64,000 bases of DNA from Candidatus Moraniibacteriota bacterium (GCA_041583775.1 JBFHFF010000004.1:2428-66427), one strand, 5' to 3'. Positions 37,716 through 48,457 are shown, counted from the stretch's first letter. Translations and numbers: made by a program. Notes: a model not told the origin generated them from the sequence alone.

Positions 37716-38480
37716 ATGCAAAAAAATAAAATCTCAACTCCCAAAGGAAGCTTAGCGATAGTAACTCATTATCCTGAGATGGAAAGTTCCAAGTTGGCCA
37801 TTCTTTGCCCTGGTTTTTTAGATTCGAAAGATTATTTGGGGTTGGTTGGTTTGGCGGAAAATTTGTGTGAACAAGGTTTTGCAGTAGTAAGATTTGATCC
37901 AACTGGAACTTGGGAGAGCGGAGGAACAATATTGGATTATACAATGACGCAATATTTGGAAGATATCAAAAATGTGTTGGAATATATGTTGTCGCGAAAT
38001 AAATATGAAAATATTTTGATTGGTGGACATAGTCGAGGGGGACAGATAGCTATTCTCTATGGTGCACGAGACCCTCGAATTTCTGCTGTGCTAGGAATTA
38101 TGCCTTCACACAGAAAAATTATTGGAGAAGAAAGAGAAAGGTGGGAGAAATCTGGAGAGCGTTTTAGTGAGCGAGATTTACCAGCTAACGAAAATGAATT
38201 TGTGGAATTTTTCACTCCTTTCAGTTATGTTTTGGATTATGATAAATATGATACCTTAAATGATGTGGCAAGAATTACCGTTCCGATTGTTTTGATTGCA
38301 GGAGATTTGGATGATGTTATTGAGCCTAGGGATGTTGAAGAAATTTTTAAAAATGCTAATAGTCCAAAGAATTTCCTTATTATCCCAGGAATAGACCACG
38401 ACTATCGACATAATAGGGAAAATGTTGAATTTGTAAACAGAGAAATTCTCAAACAATTAAAAGCTTTGGGGATAGTTTAA
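37716..38480 (+). CDS. Alpha/beta-fold hydrolase
   Basis: VRFDPTGTWES, GHSRGG, GDLDD, IDHDY triad. Confidence 0.88.
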   Translation: MQKNKISTPKGSLAIVTHYPEMESSKLAILCPGFLDSKDYLGLVGLAENLCEQGFAVVRFDPTGTWESGGTILDYTMTQYLEDIKNVLEYMLSRNKYENILIGGHSRGGQIAILYGARDPRISAVLGIMPSHRKIIGEERERWEKSGERFSERDLPANENEFVEFFTPFSYVLDYDKYDTLNDVARITVPIVLIAGDLDDVIEPRDVEEIFKNANSPKNFLIIPGIDHDYRHNRENVEFVNREILKQLKALGIV

Positions 38481-38729
38481 ATTATATCCCATTTTAAATG
38501 CAATCTTATGGGAATTTCTTGTTTTTTGGAAAGCATCTACAGAAAAAACAAAACCATCAAACAAATTGCAGAAGATTTGGGCTTGCAAAGGGGATGGTCT
38601 TAGAATTTAAAGGGGCTCAAAAAAGTCCTTTTTACTTTACAAAAGCACCATCGCGTGCTTTAATAGTCTAATCGCAAATGTGCGAGAAGAAGAAGTTCTT
38701 ATTATAAATTGGAAACTAGAGGAGGTTTT

Positions 38730-39662
38730 ATGGCACAGCAAGTTATCACAGAAACCAATTTTTCAAAATTGGTTTCTCTAAACAAAGGCAAGGTCCGTGA
38801 TATGTACGGAATTCCTGGTCACGATGACAAATTGCTGATAGTCGCATCGGACCGTATATCGGCATATGATGTAGTTATGTCAGAGGGTATTCCAGGAAAA
38901 GGAGAAAATTTAACACAAATGTCCCTTTTCTGGTTTGGTCTGTTGGGGGAGATCGTTGATAATCACCTAATTACAGCTGATGTCAATGAATATCCCGAGG
39001 CATGCCAACCGTATGCAGATGTTTTGCGTGGCCGGTCAATGCTGGTCAAAAAGGCCAAGCCATTGCCGATTGAATGCATCGTTCGGGGGTATATTTCCGG
39101 GTCTTTCTGGAAAGCTTATCAAAAAGCCCCAGTCAGCAACTGTCGTGAACACAGGTTCAAGAATGTGTTAGGGCACCATGGAATCCCTGCTGACATGCAA
39201 GAATCAGAAAAATTTCACAGGCCGCTGTTCACGCCATCAACCAAGGCAGAAATTGGTGGTCATGACGAAAACATCTCGCTTGAACAGACAAGTGAGATTA
39301 TTGGCGCAGAAAGAACACAAGAAATTGCCGAGATTTGCCTCAATCTATATTCAACGGCCGCTGATTATGCTCGCTCAAGGGGCATTATCATCGCTGATAC
39401 CAAATTCGAATTGGGTGAGGTCGATGGTCGATTGATTTTGATCGATGAGGTTCTGACGCCAGATTCATCTCGTTTCTGGCCCTTTACCGAATATAGGTTG
39501 GGCAAAAGTCAACCAAGTTTCGACAAGCAACCTTTAAGAGATTATCTGGCGAATTTGGAGGGCTGGGATAAAAATCCCCCACCGCCACCCTTGCCAAAGG
39601 AAATTATAATGGCAACCAGGGAAAACTACGAGGAAGCCAGGATGCGTTTAATTGTGTCTTGA
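38730..39662 (+). CDS. purC: Phosphoribosylaminoimidazole-succinocarboxamide synthase
   Basis: GKVRDMY, SDRISAYD, PIECIVRGY, TPSTKA, ADTKFELG, DEVLTPDSSRFW, DKQ; AGGAGG SD. Confidence 0.96.
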   Translation: MAQQVITETNFSKLVSLNKGKVRDMYGIPGHDDKLLIVASDRISAYDVVMSEGIPGKGENLTQMSLFWFGLLGEIVDNHLITADVNEYPEACQPYADVLRGRSMLVKKAKPLPIECIVRGYISGSFWKAYQKAPVSNCREHRFKNVLGHHGIPADMQESEKFHRPLFTPSTKAEIGGHDENISLEQTSEIIGAERTQEIAEICLNLYSTAADYARSRGIIIADTKFELGEVDGRLILIDEVLTPDSSRFWPFTEYRLGKSQPSFDKQPLRDYLANLEGWDKNPPPPPLPKEIIMATRENYEEARMRLIVS

Positions 39663-39679
39663 GCTCTAAAATAACAATC

Positions 39680-39719
39680 GAGACTCACCGTCGAAGCATA
39701 TTCGGCAGTGAGTCTTTTT
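39680..39719 (+). terminator. Intrinsic terminator after purC
   Basis: AGACTCAC...GTGAGTCTTTTT. Confidence 0.65.
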
Positions 39720-39794
39720 ATTACAACTAACTTTACGAAAAGCAATCCATCCCGTAAAATAAAGATAGAATTACACACTAATAGCTCAAAAAAC

Positions 39795-40064
39795 ATGAAG
39801 GAAGAACAAGTAAAAATACCCCAACCAAACAATCCTTTACATGGAGTCAAACTCAAAGATATGCTTGAAGAGTTGCGTGCTGAGCATAGCTGGGAAGAAC
39901 TATATGAAATGGTGAAAATTAATTGTTTTTTCAAAAATCCCAGCATAAAATCTAGTCTCACATTCCTGCGCAAAACTCCTTGGGCTCGTTTGAAGGTAGA
40001 AGAGCTATATCTTGACTTGTTATATTATCGGGAAAGAGAAAAAAACAATCATAAAAGTAATTAA
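39795..40064 (+). CDS. VF530/DUF2132 family DNA-binding protein
   Basis: [11 protein letters not shown]...[24 protein letters not shown]. Confidence 0.93.
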   Translation: MKEEQVKIPQPNNPLHGVKLKDMLEELRAEHSWEELYEMVKINCFFKNPSIKSSLTFLRKTPWARLKVEELYLDLLYYREREKNNHKSN

Positions 40065-40108
40065 GTTAAAACAAAAAATAAACACCCGAATATTTATTAG
40101 TTAAAATA

Positions 40109-40888
40109 ATGAATTATACTACAAAGATTCAAAGGGCAATTAAATTTGCAATTAAAACTCATGAGGTTTACCAAAAGCAAATCAGGAAAGGGAAAGAGAT
40201 TGCCTATATAACACATCCTTTAACAGTGGGGATTATTTTGGCAAACGCTTCGGCTAACGAAGATGTGATTGTTGCTGGAATATTACACGATACAATTGAA
40301 GATAGCGTTCAAGAAAAGAAGGTGACGAAGGAAATGATATCCAAAAGGTTCGGCGAAAATGTGATGCAATTAGTCTTGAGTGTAACTGAGCAAAATAGAG
40401 AGTTTTCTTGGGAAGAAAGAAAAAAAGAGGCATTGGAGCACATCAAGGATTTCAATAACGACTCATTGCTCGTTAAATCAGCCGATGTTGTTAGTAATGT
40501 TTCAGAGCTCATTGATGATTATAAAAGAGATGGTGAACAAGTTTTTCTTCGCTTTCATGCTTCAAAAGAAAAAACCATCAAACAACAATTGAAGGTTATT
40601 AATGCTATTTTGAAACGATGGGATGAAAATCCACTGACAGGTAATTTGGTTTTTCTAGCAAAGAATTTATTGGAGATTAGAGAAACTGAAGTTGTTCCTG
40701 AGAATCGAGTGAAGGTTATGGAATATCAAGATTATGACGAGAATATAAAAATTCAATGTCCTTTATGTAATTGGAGGGGCACACCAAAAAATGGCGCTGA
40801 CATTGAAAGTCATGAAATTTTGTTTGATGTCTATTGTCCTGTTTGCGGGAAAATGCTTTTGATTGTTAATTCTCCATCAACAAAATAA
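40109..40888 (+). CDS. HD-domain small alarmone hydrolase-like (Mesh1/SpoT HD) protein with C-terminal Zn ribbon
   Basis: YITHP, AGILHDTIED, VKSAD; CPLC...CPVC. Confidence 0.82.
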   Translation: MNYTTKIQRAIKFAIKTHEVYQKQIRKGKEIAYITHPLTVGIILANASANEDVIVAGILHDTIEDSVQEKKVTKEMISKRFGENVMQLVLSVTEQNREFSWEERKKEALEHIKDFNNDSLLVKSADVVSNVSELIDDYKRDGEQVFLRFHASKEKTIKQQLKVINAILKRWDENPLTGNLVFLAKNLLEIRETEVVPENRVKVMEYQDYDENIKIQCPLCNWRGTPKNGADIESHEILFDVYCPVCGKMLLIVNSPSTK

Positions 40889-41010
40889 CAAAATTTTTCT
40901 TGAGATATAAAAAATGGCTCGGGGAAAAGAGAGTGTGTTATAATGAAATTGTTTAATGCGATTAAGATTATCACGAAAATAAGAAGGGGTGATGATGGAA
41001 AAATAAAAAA

Positions 41011-41862
41011 ATGGAAAAAATAAATTATAGAAAACTGTTTGCCGAAGCGGTGAGAGATGGAGCAGAAGAATTTAAACCAGGTGAAAGAAAACCACAAGAA
41101 TTGTTAAAAGAGGAGATTTTCAAGGGAAGTATAGTGGAGGGGAGATATAAGAAGGTTGTGGCAGGAACAAAGTTGCTAATGGAGATTCTTCCAAGAGTGA
41201 TTTCAGATAAAATCAAAAATAACCTTGATCATAGAGATTATGACAAGTTGCCTTTTTCTTTTGATCAATACGAGCTTCAAGAAAAAATTGGGAAAGGAGT
41301 GGCTTCAAAAGTTCATTTGTTACAAGCTAAGGAGTCATCAGAGCCTAGTTATGTTGTGAAAATTAATTATGCTCAAGGTGGCAGTGTCGATGAATTACAA
41401 AGAAAGGCACAGGCACAGCACGAAGAATATGAAAATGTTAGCAATATATATAAAGACATAGAAGGTTTCATTTTGCCGGAGCAATCGATAATTACAACAG
41501 ACAAAAAGAACGGTGAGCCAGTAATTGCGACGATTCAAGAATATGCAGGACAAAATATGCGTGATTTTTTTTCTGAAATTGAAAAAAAGGAACTTGAAAG
41601 AATGCTTGAGAAAAATGAAAATTTTAGAACAGAGTTTATTAAATTTGCAGACATTACCTTAAAGTTGTTTCAAGAAAAAGGTGAGGTAGTTGATTTGTTG
41701 GGTGATAAAAATCTTTCTGTAGTAGAAGTAAAAGGGGAGCCACATTTAAAATTTATTGATCCTCATGATATCTCCGTAACATCTTGTGATGATGCGGAAA
41801 GGGTGCGGAATCTTCAAAAAAAACTCGATTATATTAGGAAAATCAGAGAAGAAATTAAATAA
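41011..41862 (+). CDS. Protein-kinase-like fold protein
   Basis: IGKGVASKV, YVVK, IQEY, DLLGDKN and KFIDP in kinase motif order. Confidence 0.55.
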   Translation: MEKINYRKLFAEAVRDGAEEFKPGERKPQELLKEEIFKGSIVEGRYKKVVAGTKLLMEILPRVISDKIKNNLDHRDYDKLPFSFDQYELQEKIGKGVASKVHLLQAKESSEPSYVVKINYAQGGSVDELQRKAQAQHEEYENVSNIYKDIEGFILPEQSIITTDKKNGEPVIATIQEYAGQNMRDFFSEIEKKELERMLEKNENFRTEFIKFADITLKLFQEKGEVVDLLGDKNLSVVEVKGEPHLKFIDPHDISVTSCDDAERVRNLQKKLDYIRKIREEIK

Positions 41863-41914
41863 ATAAAAAATGTTTTAGAGTCACTTTTATGTTTGATTTT
41901 AGCTAAATAAAACT

Positions 41915-42577
41915 ATGGCGAATTTTAGAACTCATATCAGTTTCGGAGCTCTGCTTGGCACAGCACTTGTTATTGCTGGGTTAATTTATTCATTTTTTTC
42001 ATCTACGGAGGTGATGATTTGGATTTTTCTTGCAGTTTTGATTGGATCTTTCTTGCCAGATCTTGATATGGACGAAGGAATTCCTTTTCAGATTTTATTT
42101 GGTCTTTTCGGGGTGGGAATAGGAGGTTTGGCCTTTTTTATTTTATATGAAAATGAAGTTAGGGATTCAGTGATTCTTATTTTGACACCAGTAGTTGCTT
42201 TTATGGGGATGCGTTTTGGAATTGGTTATATTTTCGAGAAACTTACGGATCATCGTGGGATATTCCATTCAATTCCAGCAGCAATTCTTTTCGGATTGCT
42301 CACGGTTTGGCTCTTGAATTTTTTCTCAATTTTCATTTCTCAAAAATTAATTCTGGGTCTGGCCATAACAGTTGGCTACTTAGGGCACTTAGTTCTGGAT
42401 GAAATCTATTCTTCTGTAAACTTAAATGGTCGTTCACTCCTGCCAAAGCAATCATTGGGTAGTGCTCTTAAGCTTTATTCTTCTTCAAAAATAGCTACTT
42501 TTATATTTTATGCTTTGATTTTTATCTTTGCGATGAAAATTCCGGAAATAAAAGACTTCTTAGAAGGGCTCTACTAA
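41915..42577 (+). CDS. Membrane metal-dependent hydrolase (YdjM-like)
   Basis: FRTH, LPDLD, HRGIFHS, HLVLDE. Confidence 0.88.
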   Translation: MANFRTHISFGALLGTALVIAGLIYSFFSSTEVMIWIFLAVLIGSFLPDLDMDEGIPFQILFGLFGVGIGGLAFFILYENEVRDSVILILTPVVAFMGMRFGIGYIFEKLTDHRGIFHSIPAAILFGLLTVWLLNFFSIFISQKLILGLAITVGYLGHLVLDEIYSSVNLNGRSLLPKQSLGSALKLYSSSKIATFIFYALIFIFAMKIPEIKDFLEGLY

Positions 42578-42596
42578 CACAATAAATAAAACAAAA

Positions 42597-43253
42597 ATGA
42601 AGAAACAATATATATTTTTCACTGCACTGACAAGTCTTCTTTTGGGCATTTTTGTTTCTGTTACGATTTGGATTTTTGCAATGACAGCTGGTGCACAACA
42701 AAAAGGCGTGAGTTCTTTTTGTCGAAGTAGAGTTCAAACGCAAGAAAGTGCCAAAGAAATGGAGTCGGGAGAGATTTCGGCGATAGAAAATTCTGAGATG
42801 GAAGACTCAAAAAATTCAAAGGAGTCAGAGAATTTATATCCCGTGGTGCATGTTTTCGATGGAGACACCTTCTCAATTGATATTGATGGAGAAATAAAAA
42901 GGGTCCGCTTGATTGGAATAAATACCCCAGAGACCAGTGAGAAATATCGCTCAGTTGAATGTTTTGGTAAGGAGGCGACAGAAAGAGCAGTTGAACTTTT
43001 AGGAGGTAAACAAGTTAGGTTAGAAGAAGATTCAACACAAGCCAATATCGATGCACATGGTCGAATTTTGAGATATGTTTTTTTGGAGGACGGGAGGTTG
43101 TTAAACCAATTAATGATTGAAGAAGGTTTTGGAAAAGAGTATACTTTTAAAGGATCTGAGTATAAATATCAAAAAGAATTTCGCCAAGCAGAAAATAAAG
43201 CAAAGGAAGAGTCTAAAGGTTTATGGGATAAATGCAGTGTAGCTAAAAAATAA
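42597..43253 (+). CDS. Membrane-anchored thermonuclease (SNase family)
   Basis: DGDT, VRLIGINTPE, GRILRYV, AKEESKGLW. Confidence 0.92.
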   Translation: MKKQYIFFTALTSLLLGIFVSVTIWIFAMTAGAQQKGVSSFCRSRVQTQESAKEMESGEISAIENSEMEDSKNSKESENLYPVVHVFDGDTFSIDIDGEIKRVRLIGINTPETSEKYRSVECFGKEATERAVELLGGKQVRLEEDSTQANIDAHGRILRYVFLEDGRLLNQLMIEEGFGKEYTFKGSEYKYQKEFRQAENKAKEESKGLWDKCSVAKK

Positions 43254-43262
43254 AAAAAGAAG

Positions 43263-43625
43263 ATGCAAACAAAAATAAAAAAGAAAATCTATCTTGCCCT
43301 CACAATAACGCTTATTTTTCTTTTGGGGTTCATTCTGTATGCGATGATTGAAGCTGCTTATATTAAAGAAGTTGTTTCGATAGGGGGTTCAACGGTCACT
43401 GTTTGTTATTTTGGATTTTTATGGAAAGAACTTCCATTTTGGTTGAGATTATTTTGGATTTTTGTTGCAATTGTTGATGGTTATTTTCTTGGTCAATATT
43501 GGTGGCGAATTGTTTATGTGGAAAAACGACATTGGAGTTTTCATAAAAATAAAGTCACCACAAAAAAGAAGAGGGTTGTTAAATCAAAACAAAAGAAGCA
43601 CAAAGATGCTAAGTTGGTGAAATAG
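43263..43625 (+). CDS. Small membrane protein (paralog of 50000..50293)
   Basis: Two TM segments; GQYWWRIVYVEKR motif. Confidence 0.7.
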   Translation: MQTKIKKKIYLALTITLIFLLGFILYAMIEAAYIKEVVSIGGSTVTVCYFGFLWKELPFWLRLFWIFVAIVDGYFLGQYWWRIVYVEKRHWSFHKNKVTTKKKRVVKSKQKKHKDAKLVK

Positions 43626-43645
43626 TTTAATGATAAAAAGACCTA

Positions 43646-43680
43646 TATAAAAAACTACCAAGAAATGGTAGTTTTTTATA
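43646..43680 (+). terminator. Intrinsic terminator
   Basis: TATAAAAAACTACCA-agaaa-TGGTAGTTTTTTATA. Confidence 0.75.
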
Positions 43681-43760
43681 TTTGACATTCAATAAAGGTG
43701 ATTTAGAATAAAAATAGATAAGATGCCTACCGGGTAGGTAGGATTGCCTAAATAAGCTTA

Positions 43761-43969
43761 ATGAGCAAAAAATGACGGTGTAGAAAAAACAACCATTGCA
43801 CTGAAGAAGGCATCGACTCTTTCGCTCAGGGTTATAAAGATGGTTGAGGACAAAACATTTAAAAAATTGTTTTGTCAATGCAACGAAAGACACAAATGAA
43901 AAAGTGAAAAGAAGAATGATTGAAGAATTTTTACGAATTGAAAAGCTAATAAAAAAGTCTTCTATATAA
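43761..43969 (+). pseudogene. Disrupted CsoR/RcnR-like metal-sensing repressor
   Basis: Frames give EKTTIALKKASTLSLRVIKMVEDK then, after a shift, KHLKNCFVNATKDTNEKVKRRMIEEFL; the first-Cys region is missing; lies directly upstream of copA. Confidence 0.6.
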
Positions 43970-43988
43970 GGTTAGCTAAACCAAAAAG

Positions 43989-46169
43989 ATGACGAGAAAA
44001 ACTGTTACAATTAAAATTTCAGGGATGACTTGTGCTAGTTGTGCAATCAATAATGAAAAAGCTCTTTTGGAAACAACAGGTATTTTTAGGGCGAATGTTA
44101 ACTTTGCAAACAAAAAAGCAACCGTAGAATTCGATAGTGATATTCTGAGTGAAAGTGATTTACATAAAGTTATTGTTGAAAACGGCTATAAAGTTGAGGA
44201 AAAGGAGGAGGTGCACAATTACGAGCATCACCACGAAACGGGAGATGCAGAAAAAAGCAAAAGAGATTTTATTAGTGCTTTAGTTATTAGTATTCCATTA
44301 CTTTTGGAGATGTTCCTGAAATTACGCACGGGTATTTTGATATTTGGAATTGATTTGGTAATGTGGCTACACCTTTTATTGTCAGCGGTTGTAGTTTTCC
44401 ATTTTGGTGCTCGTTTTCATCATATGGCTTTTTTGCAGGCAAAAAAATTTCAGACCAATATGGATACTTTGATTTCAATGGGAACTTTGGTGGCATTTTT
44501 CTATAGTGTTTGGGCTGTTTTTAACGGAAAGCCAGTGTATTTTGAGACCTCTGCCATTATTATAGTCTTAATTATTCTGGGAAAATATTTTGAAGAAAAA
44601 AGTTTGGGAAGGGCGAGTGAAGCAATGCAGAAATTGATGGAGTTGAGTGTGAAAAAAGCTCATATTTTTGTGGATGGAAAAGAGAAAGAGGTGGAAATTG
44701 AAAGAGTCGCCAAGGGCGATGTGCTTGTGGTGCGTCCTGGTGAAAAAATTCCCTTGGACGGAGTTGTGATTGAAGGAAGCTCAAGTGTGAATGAATCTAT
44801 GTTAACAGGAGAGTCATTGCCAGTAGAAAAAAACATTGGAATAAAAGTCTTTGGGGCAACTTTGAATGAAGATGGCGTTTTGAAAATCAAAGTGACAGAA
44901 ATTGGTGAAGGAACAGTTCTCTCTCAAATTATCAAAACAGTAGCAGAGGCACAGGGTTCAAAGGCGGAAATTCAAAAACTTGCAGATAAAGTTTCAGGGA
45001 TTTTTGTGCCTTTGGTGTTGGCAATTTTTGTATTAACATTTTTGGGATGGTTACTAATATCACAAAATTTTTCTTTGGCAATTATTAATGCTGTTGCGGT
45101 TTTGGTGATTGCTTGTCCTTGTGCACTTGGACTTGCAACCCCAACGGCAATTATGGTAGGAACAGACAAAGGCGCAAAACGAGGAATTCTATTCAAAAAT
45201 TCTGAAAGTTTTGAACGAGCAAAGGACATCTCAATGGTGGTGTTTGATAAGACCGGAACTTTAACTAAAGGCACTCCAAAGATGGAGAGAATTTTAATTG
45301 AACCAACAGTTGGTTTTGACGAAGAAAATGTTTTGAAAATAGCAGCTTCGATTGCGGCCAATTCAAAACATCCCCTTTCAAGTGCTGTAAGTGCTTTTGC
45401 CAAAGAAAAGAAAATTGATTTGCAAAAGTTGAAAAAGATTAAAGAAGAAAAAGGAAAGGGTATTGTTGGTTATTGCTCCACACACCAAAAGAAAGTGATG
45501 TTGGGAAATTTCAAGTTGCTCAAGGAAAATGGACTTGCCACAAAATGGGCCGAGGAAATTTTGTCTGATGATAGAATCCAAGAAGGCACAAGACTATTTG
45601 TTGCCTATGACGATTTGGTAATTGGTGTGCTTATCGTTGCCGATGAAGTTCGAATAGAATCTAAAGAGGTTGTTTCGAAATTACTTGCTATGGGACTTAA
45701 AGTTGTGATGATATCGGGTGACAATATTAAGACCGCAAAAGCTGTTGCAAATCGTTTGGGAATTGAAAATGTGTTGGGCGATGTCTTGCCAAAAAGCAAA
45801 GCGGATGAAGTTGCAAGATTTCAAGCAAATGGCGAGAAGGTTGTCTTTGTGGGTGATGGGATTAATGACGCTCCAAGTTTAATCCAAGCAGATCTTGGAA
45901 TCGCAATGGGGGGTGCATCCGACATCGCAAAAGAGGCCGGGCAGATTGTATTGATACAGAGCAACTTGAACCTCGTTGTTGAGGCAATTTTGATTTCAAA
46001 AACAACTTTCAAGACCATCAAACAAAATCTTTTCTGGGCTTTTGCTTATAATGTTATTGCTATTCCACTTGCGATGGCAGGATTCTTGAGTCCAATGATT
46101 GCAGCAGCTGCAATGTCATTTAGTTCGGTTTCAGTGGTGACGAACAGTCTCCGGATTTATCGAAAATAG
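43989..46169 (+). CDS. copA: Copper-translocating P1B-type ATPase
   Basis: [36 protein letters not shown]...MSFSS. Confidence 0.94.
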   Translation: MTRKTVTIKISGMTCASCAINNEKALLETTGIFRANVNFANKKATVEFDSDILSESDLHKVIVENGYKVEEKEEVHNYEHHHETGDAEKSKRDFISALVISIPLLLEMFLKLRTGILIFGIDLVMWLHLLLSAVVVFHFGARFHHMAFLQAKKFQTNMDTLISMGTLVAFFYSVWAVFNGKPVYFETSAIIIVLIILGKYFEEKSLGRASEAMQKLMELSVKKAHIFVDGKEKEVEIERVAKGDVLVVRPGEKIPLDGVVIEGSSSVNESMLTGESLPVEKNIGIKVFGATLNEDGVLKIKVTEIGEGTVLSQIIKTVAEAQGSKAEIQKLADKVSGIFVPLVLAIFVLTFLGWLLISQNFSLAIINAVAVLVIACPCALGLATPTAIMVGTDKGAKRGILFKNSESFERAKDISMVVFDKTGTLTKGTPKMERILIEPTVGFDEENVLKIAASIAANSKHPLSSAVSAFAKEKKIDLQKLKKIKEEKGKGIVGYCSTHQKKVMLGNFKLLKENGLATKWAEEILSDDRIQEGTRLFVAYDDLVIGVLIVADEVRIESKEVVSKLLAMGLKVVMISGDNIKTAKAVANRLGIENVLGDVLPKSKADEVARFQANGEKVVFVGDGINDAPSLIQADLGIAMGGASDIAKEAGQIVLIQSNLNLVVEAILISKTTFKTIKQNLFWAFAYNVIAIPLAMAGFLSPMIAAAAMSFSSVSVVTNSLRIYRK

Positions 46170-46193
46170 AAAAAGATTCTTAATTTTCTTTGT

Positions 46194-46221
46194 TGTCATT
46201 CCTGTGAAAACAGGAATCCAG
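46194..46221. repeat. GTCATTCC-type REP-like palindrome, copy 3
   Basis: TGTCATTCCTGTGAAAACAGGAATCCAG. Confidence 0.75.
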
Positions 46222-46375
46222 ATTTGCATTGCTTCTTGTGATTTAAATTTGTACTAGTGCGGTTTTTTAATCTGGTTCAAAGTTTGTGGTTTAGATTTCC
46301 TCCTTCTCCTCTTCCTTAAAAAACAATTACATGCTTTAATTTATATGTTTAGTCAATTATTTTTATATTCTATTT

Positions 46376-47404
46376 ATGGATGTCAGAAAGTTGGAAGATT
46401 TTTTAAAGAAAGAGGGCGAACCGGCGTTTCGTTTCAAACAAATTTGCAAGGGAATCTTCAGTGATGTGAAATTTTCATTTTCAGATATTTCAACAATCTC
46501 AAAGATTTTGCGGGAAAAATTAGACAATGAAATTCCCATACTTCCTTTTTCACCAAGTGAAATTTTGGTTTCTAGAGATAGAAATACAATAAAGGCACTT
46601 TTAAAATTAGAGGACGGGAATCTAATTGAAACAGTTTTGCTTTCTCCTAGGGAAGGGAATTGGTCAGCATGCATTTCCTCACAAGTTGGTTGTGCACTGA
46701 ACTGCGCTTTTTGTGCTACGGGTAGGGCTGGTTTCAAGAGGGATCTTTCTAGTGATGAAATTACCAGCCAAGTTTTGTTTTGGAGACAATATCTTTCGAA
46801 AAATAATATCAATGGTCAGTTTTCAAATATAGTTTATATGGGAATGGGGGAGCCGTTTTTGAATTGGAAAAGCGTGAAAGAAAGTTTGGAAATTCTGATT
46901 GATGAAAAATTTTTCAACTTTGCAAGCAGGAATATTGCAGTTTCAACGGTTGGGGTTGTTGAGGGAATGGAAAAATTTGCAAAAGATTTCCCACAAGTTA
47001 ATTTGGCAATTTCTTTGCATTTTGCTGAAGATAAGAAGAGGGAACAGTATATGCCAATTAATAAAAGATATGGACTAAGTGATTTGCGCGACTTTTTGCG
47101 AAAATATTTTCAAGAAAACAGTCGAAAAGTTTTTATCGAATATATTCTTTTAGATGGTATAAATGACAAAAAAGAAGATGCTTTGAAATTGGCTGTGTTT
47201 TTGAAATCAATTGGTAAGATGCAAATGTTGCATGTAAATTTGATTAGATATAACTCAATTGGAGAGAAGTTGACATCTTCTTCAAAAGAAACAGCAAGGA
47301 AATTCAAGGAAACTTTGGAGGCCGAGAGGGTTCACGCTACGATTAGAAAAAGTATGGGGGAAGATATCCAGGGTGCTTGTGGGCAATTGGCCGGGAAACA
47401 TTAA
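46376..47404 (+). CDS. rlmN: 23S rRNA/tRNA m2A methyltransferase RlmN
   Basis: CISSQVGCALNCAFCATG, MGMGEP, AISLH, ACGQL. Confidence 0.95.
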   Translation: MDVRKLEDFLKKEGEPAFRFKQICKGIFSDVKFSFSDISTISKILREKLDNEIPILPFSPSEILVSRDRNTIKALLKLEDGNLIETVLLSPREGNWSACISSQVGCALNCAFCATGRAGFKRDLSSDEITSQVLFWRQYLSKNNINGQFSNIVYMGMGEPFLNWKSVKESLEILIDEKFFNFASRNIAVSTVGVVEGMEKFAKDFPQVNLAISLHFAEDKKREQYMPINKRYGLSDLRDFLRKYFQENSRKVFIEYILLDGINDKKEDALKLAVFLKSIGKMQMLHVNLIRYNSIGEKLTSSSKETARKFKETLEAERVHATIRKSMGEDIQGACGQLAGKH

Positions 47405-47416
47405 AATAACAAAAAT

Positions 47417-48457
47417 ATGCAAAAAATTCTAGTAACAGGTGGGACTGGTTATATTGGTTCACACACCACTGTTGAGCTTATTAATGCAGGATTCGATGTG
47501 ATTATTATCGATAACCTCTCAAACTCAAATAAAGATATGCTTTGGGGCATCAAAGAGATTACGGGAAAAGAGGTGGGATTCGAAGAGTTTGATCTTTGTG
47601 ATAGGGGAAAATTGCAAGATTTCTTTTCTCGGCACCAAGACATTTCCGCAATGATTCATTTTGCTGCTTTTAAGGCAGTAGGTGAGTCAATTAAAAAGCC
47701 CTTGAAATATTATCGCAATAATCTAAATTCACTTTTAAATTTGATGGAGTTGGCAAAAGAAAACAAAATTAGTAATTTAGTTTTTTCATCTTCAGCAACT
47801 GTATATGGCGATGCCGACGAACTTCCATTAACAGAAAATTCCCCACTAAAAAAAGCGAATTGCCCCTATGGTGAAACAAAACAAATTTGTGAAGATATGA
47901 TTAGAGCTTTGTCGAAAAGTGATGAAGATTTTTGCGCAATTGTGTTGCGATATTTCAATCCAGTTGGAGCTCATAAATCAGCACTTATTGGTGAGTTACC
48001 TCTTGGTGTTCCAGCAAATCTAATTCCTTTCGTGACTCAAACTGGAATTGGCTTGCGAGAAGAATTAAAAGTTTTTGGTGGTGATTATAACACACCAGAT
48101 AGAACCTGTGTCCGTGACTATATTCATATTGTTGATTTGGCGAAAGCTCATGTCAAATCTATTCAAAGAATGCTAGAAAACAAAAAGAGTGGAGTTGAAG
48201 TTTTCAATTTAGGGACTGGGAAGGGAAATTCGGTTCTAGAGGTAATTAAATCTTTTGAGCGCGTAAGTGGTCAAAAGTTGCCATATCAAATCGTAGAGCG
48301 CAGAAATGGAGATGTGGAAACCTCCTTTGCGGGCACAGAACTTGCCAATAAAGTTTTGGGATGGAAGGCGGAAAGAAATTTAGATGACGCAATCAGAGAT
48401 GCTTGGGAGTGGGAAAAGGCACTTAAAGAAAAAAGAGAGAAGCTTGGTATGCTATAA
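47417..48457 (+). CDS. galE: UDP-glucose 4-epimerase
   Basis: TGGTGYIGSH, KAVGES, SSSATVYG, YGETK, LRYFNPVGAH. Confidence 0.96.
   Translation: MQKILVTGGTGYIGSHTTVELINAGFDVIIIDNLSNSNKDMLWGIKEITGKEVGFEEFDLCDRGKLQDFFSRHQDISAMIHFAAFKAVGESIKKPLKYYRNNLNSLLNLMELAKENKISNLVFSSSATVYGDADELPLTENSPLKKANCPYGETKQICEDMIRALSKSDEDFCAIVLRYFNPVGAHKSALIGELPLGVPANLIPFVTQTGIGLREELKVFGGDYNTPDRTCVRDYIHIVDLAKAHVKSIQRMLENKKSGVEVFNLGTGKGNSVLEVIKSFERVSGQKLPYQIVERRNGDVETSFAGTELANKVLGWKAERNLDDAIRDAWEWEKALKEKREKLGML

Noticed and set aside
38508-38603. Short ORF ending KTIKQIAEDLGLQRGWS
   Set aside because: Possibly a gene remnant but too short to assign
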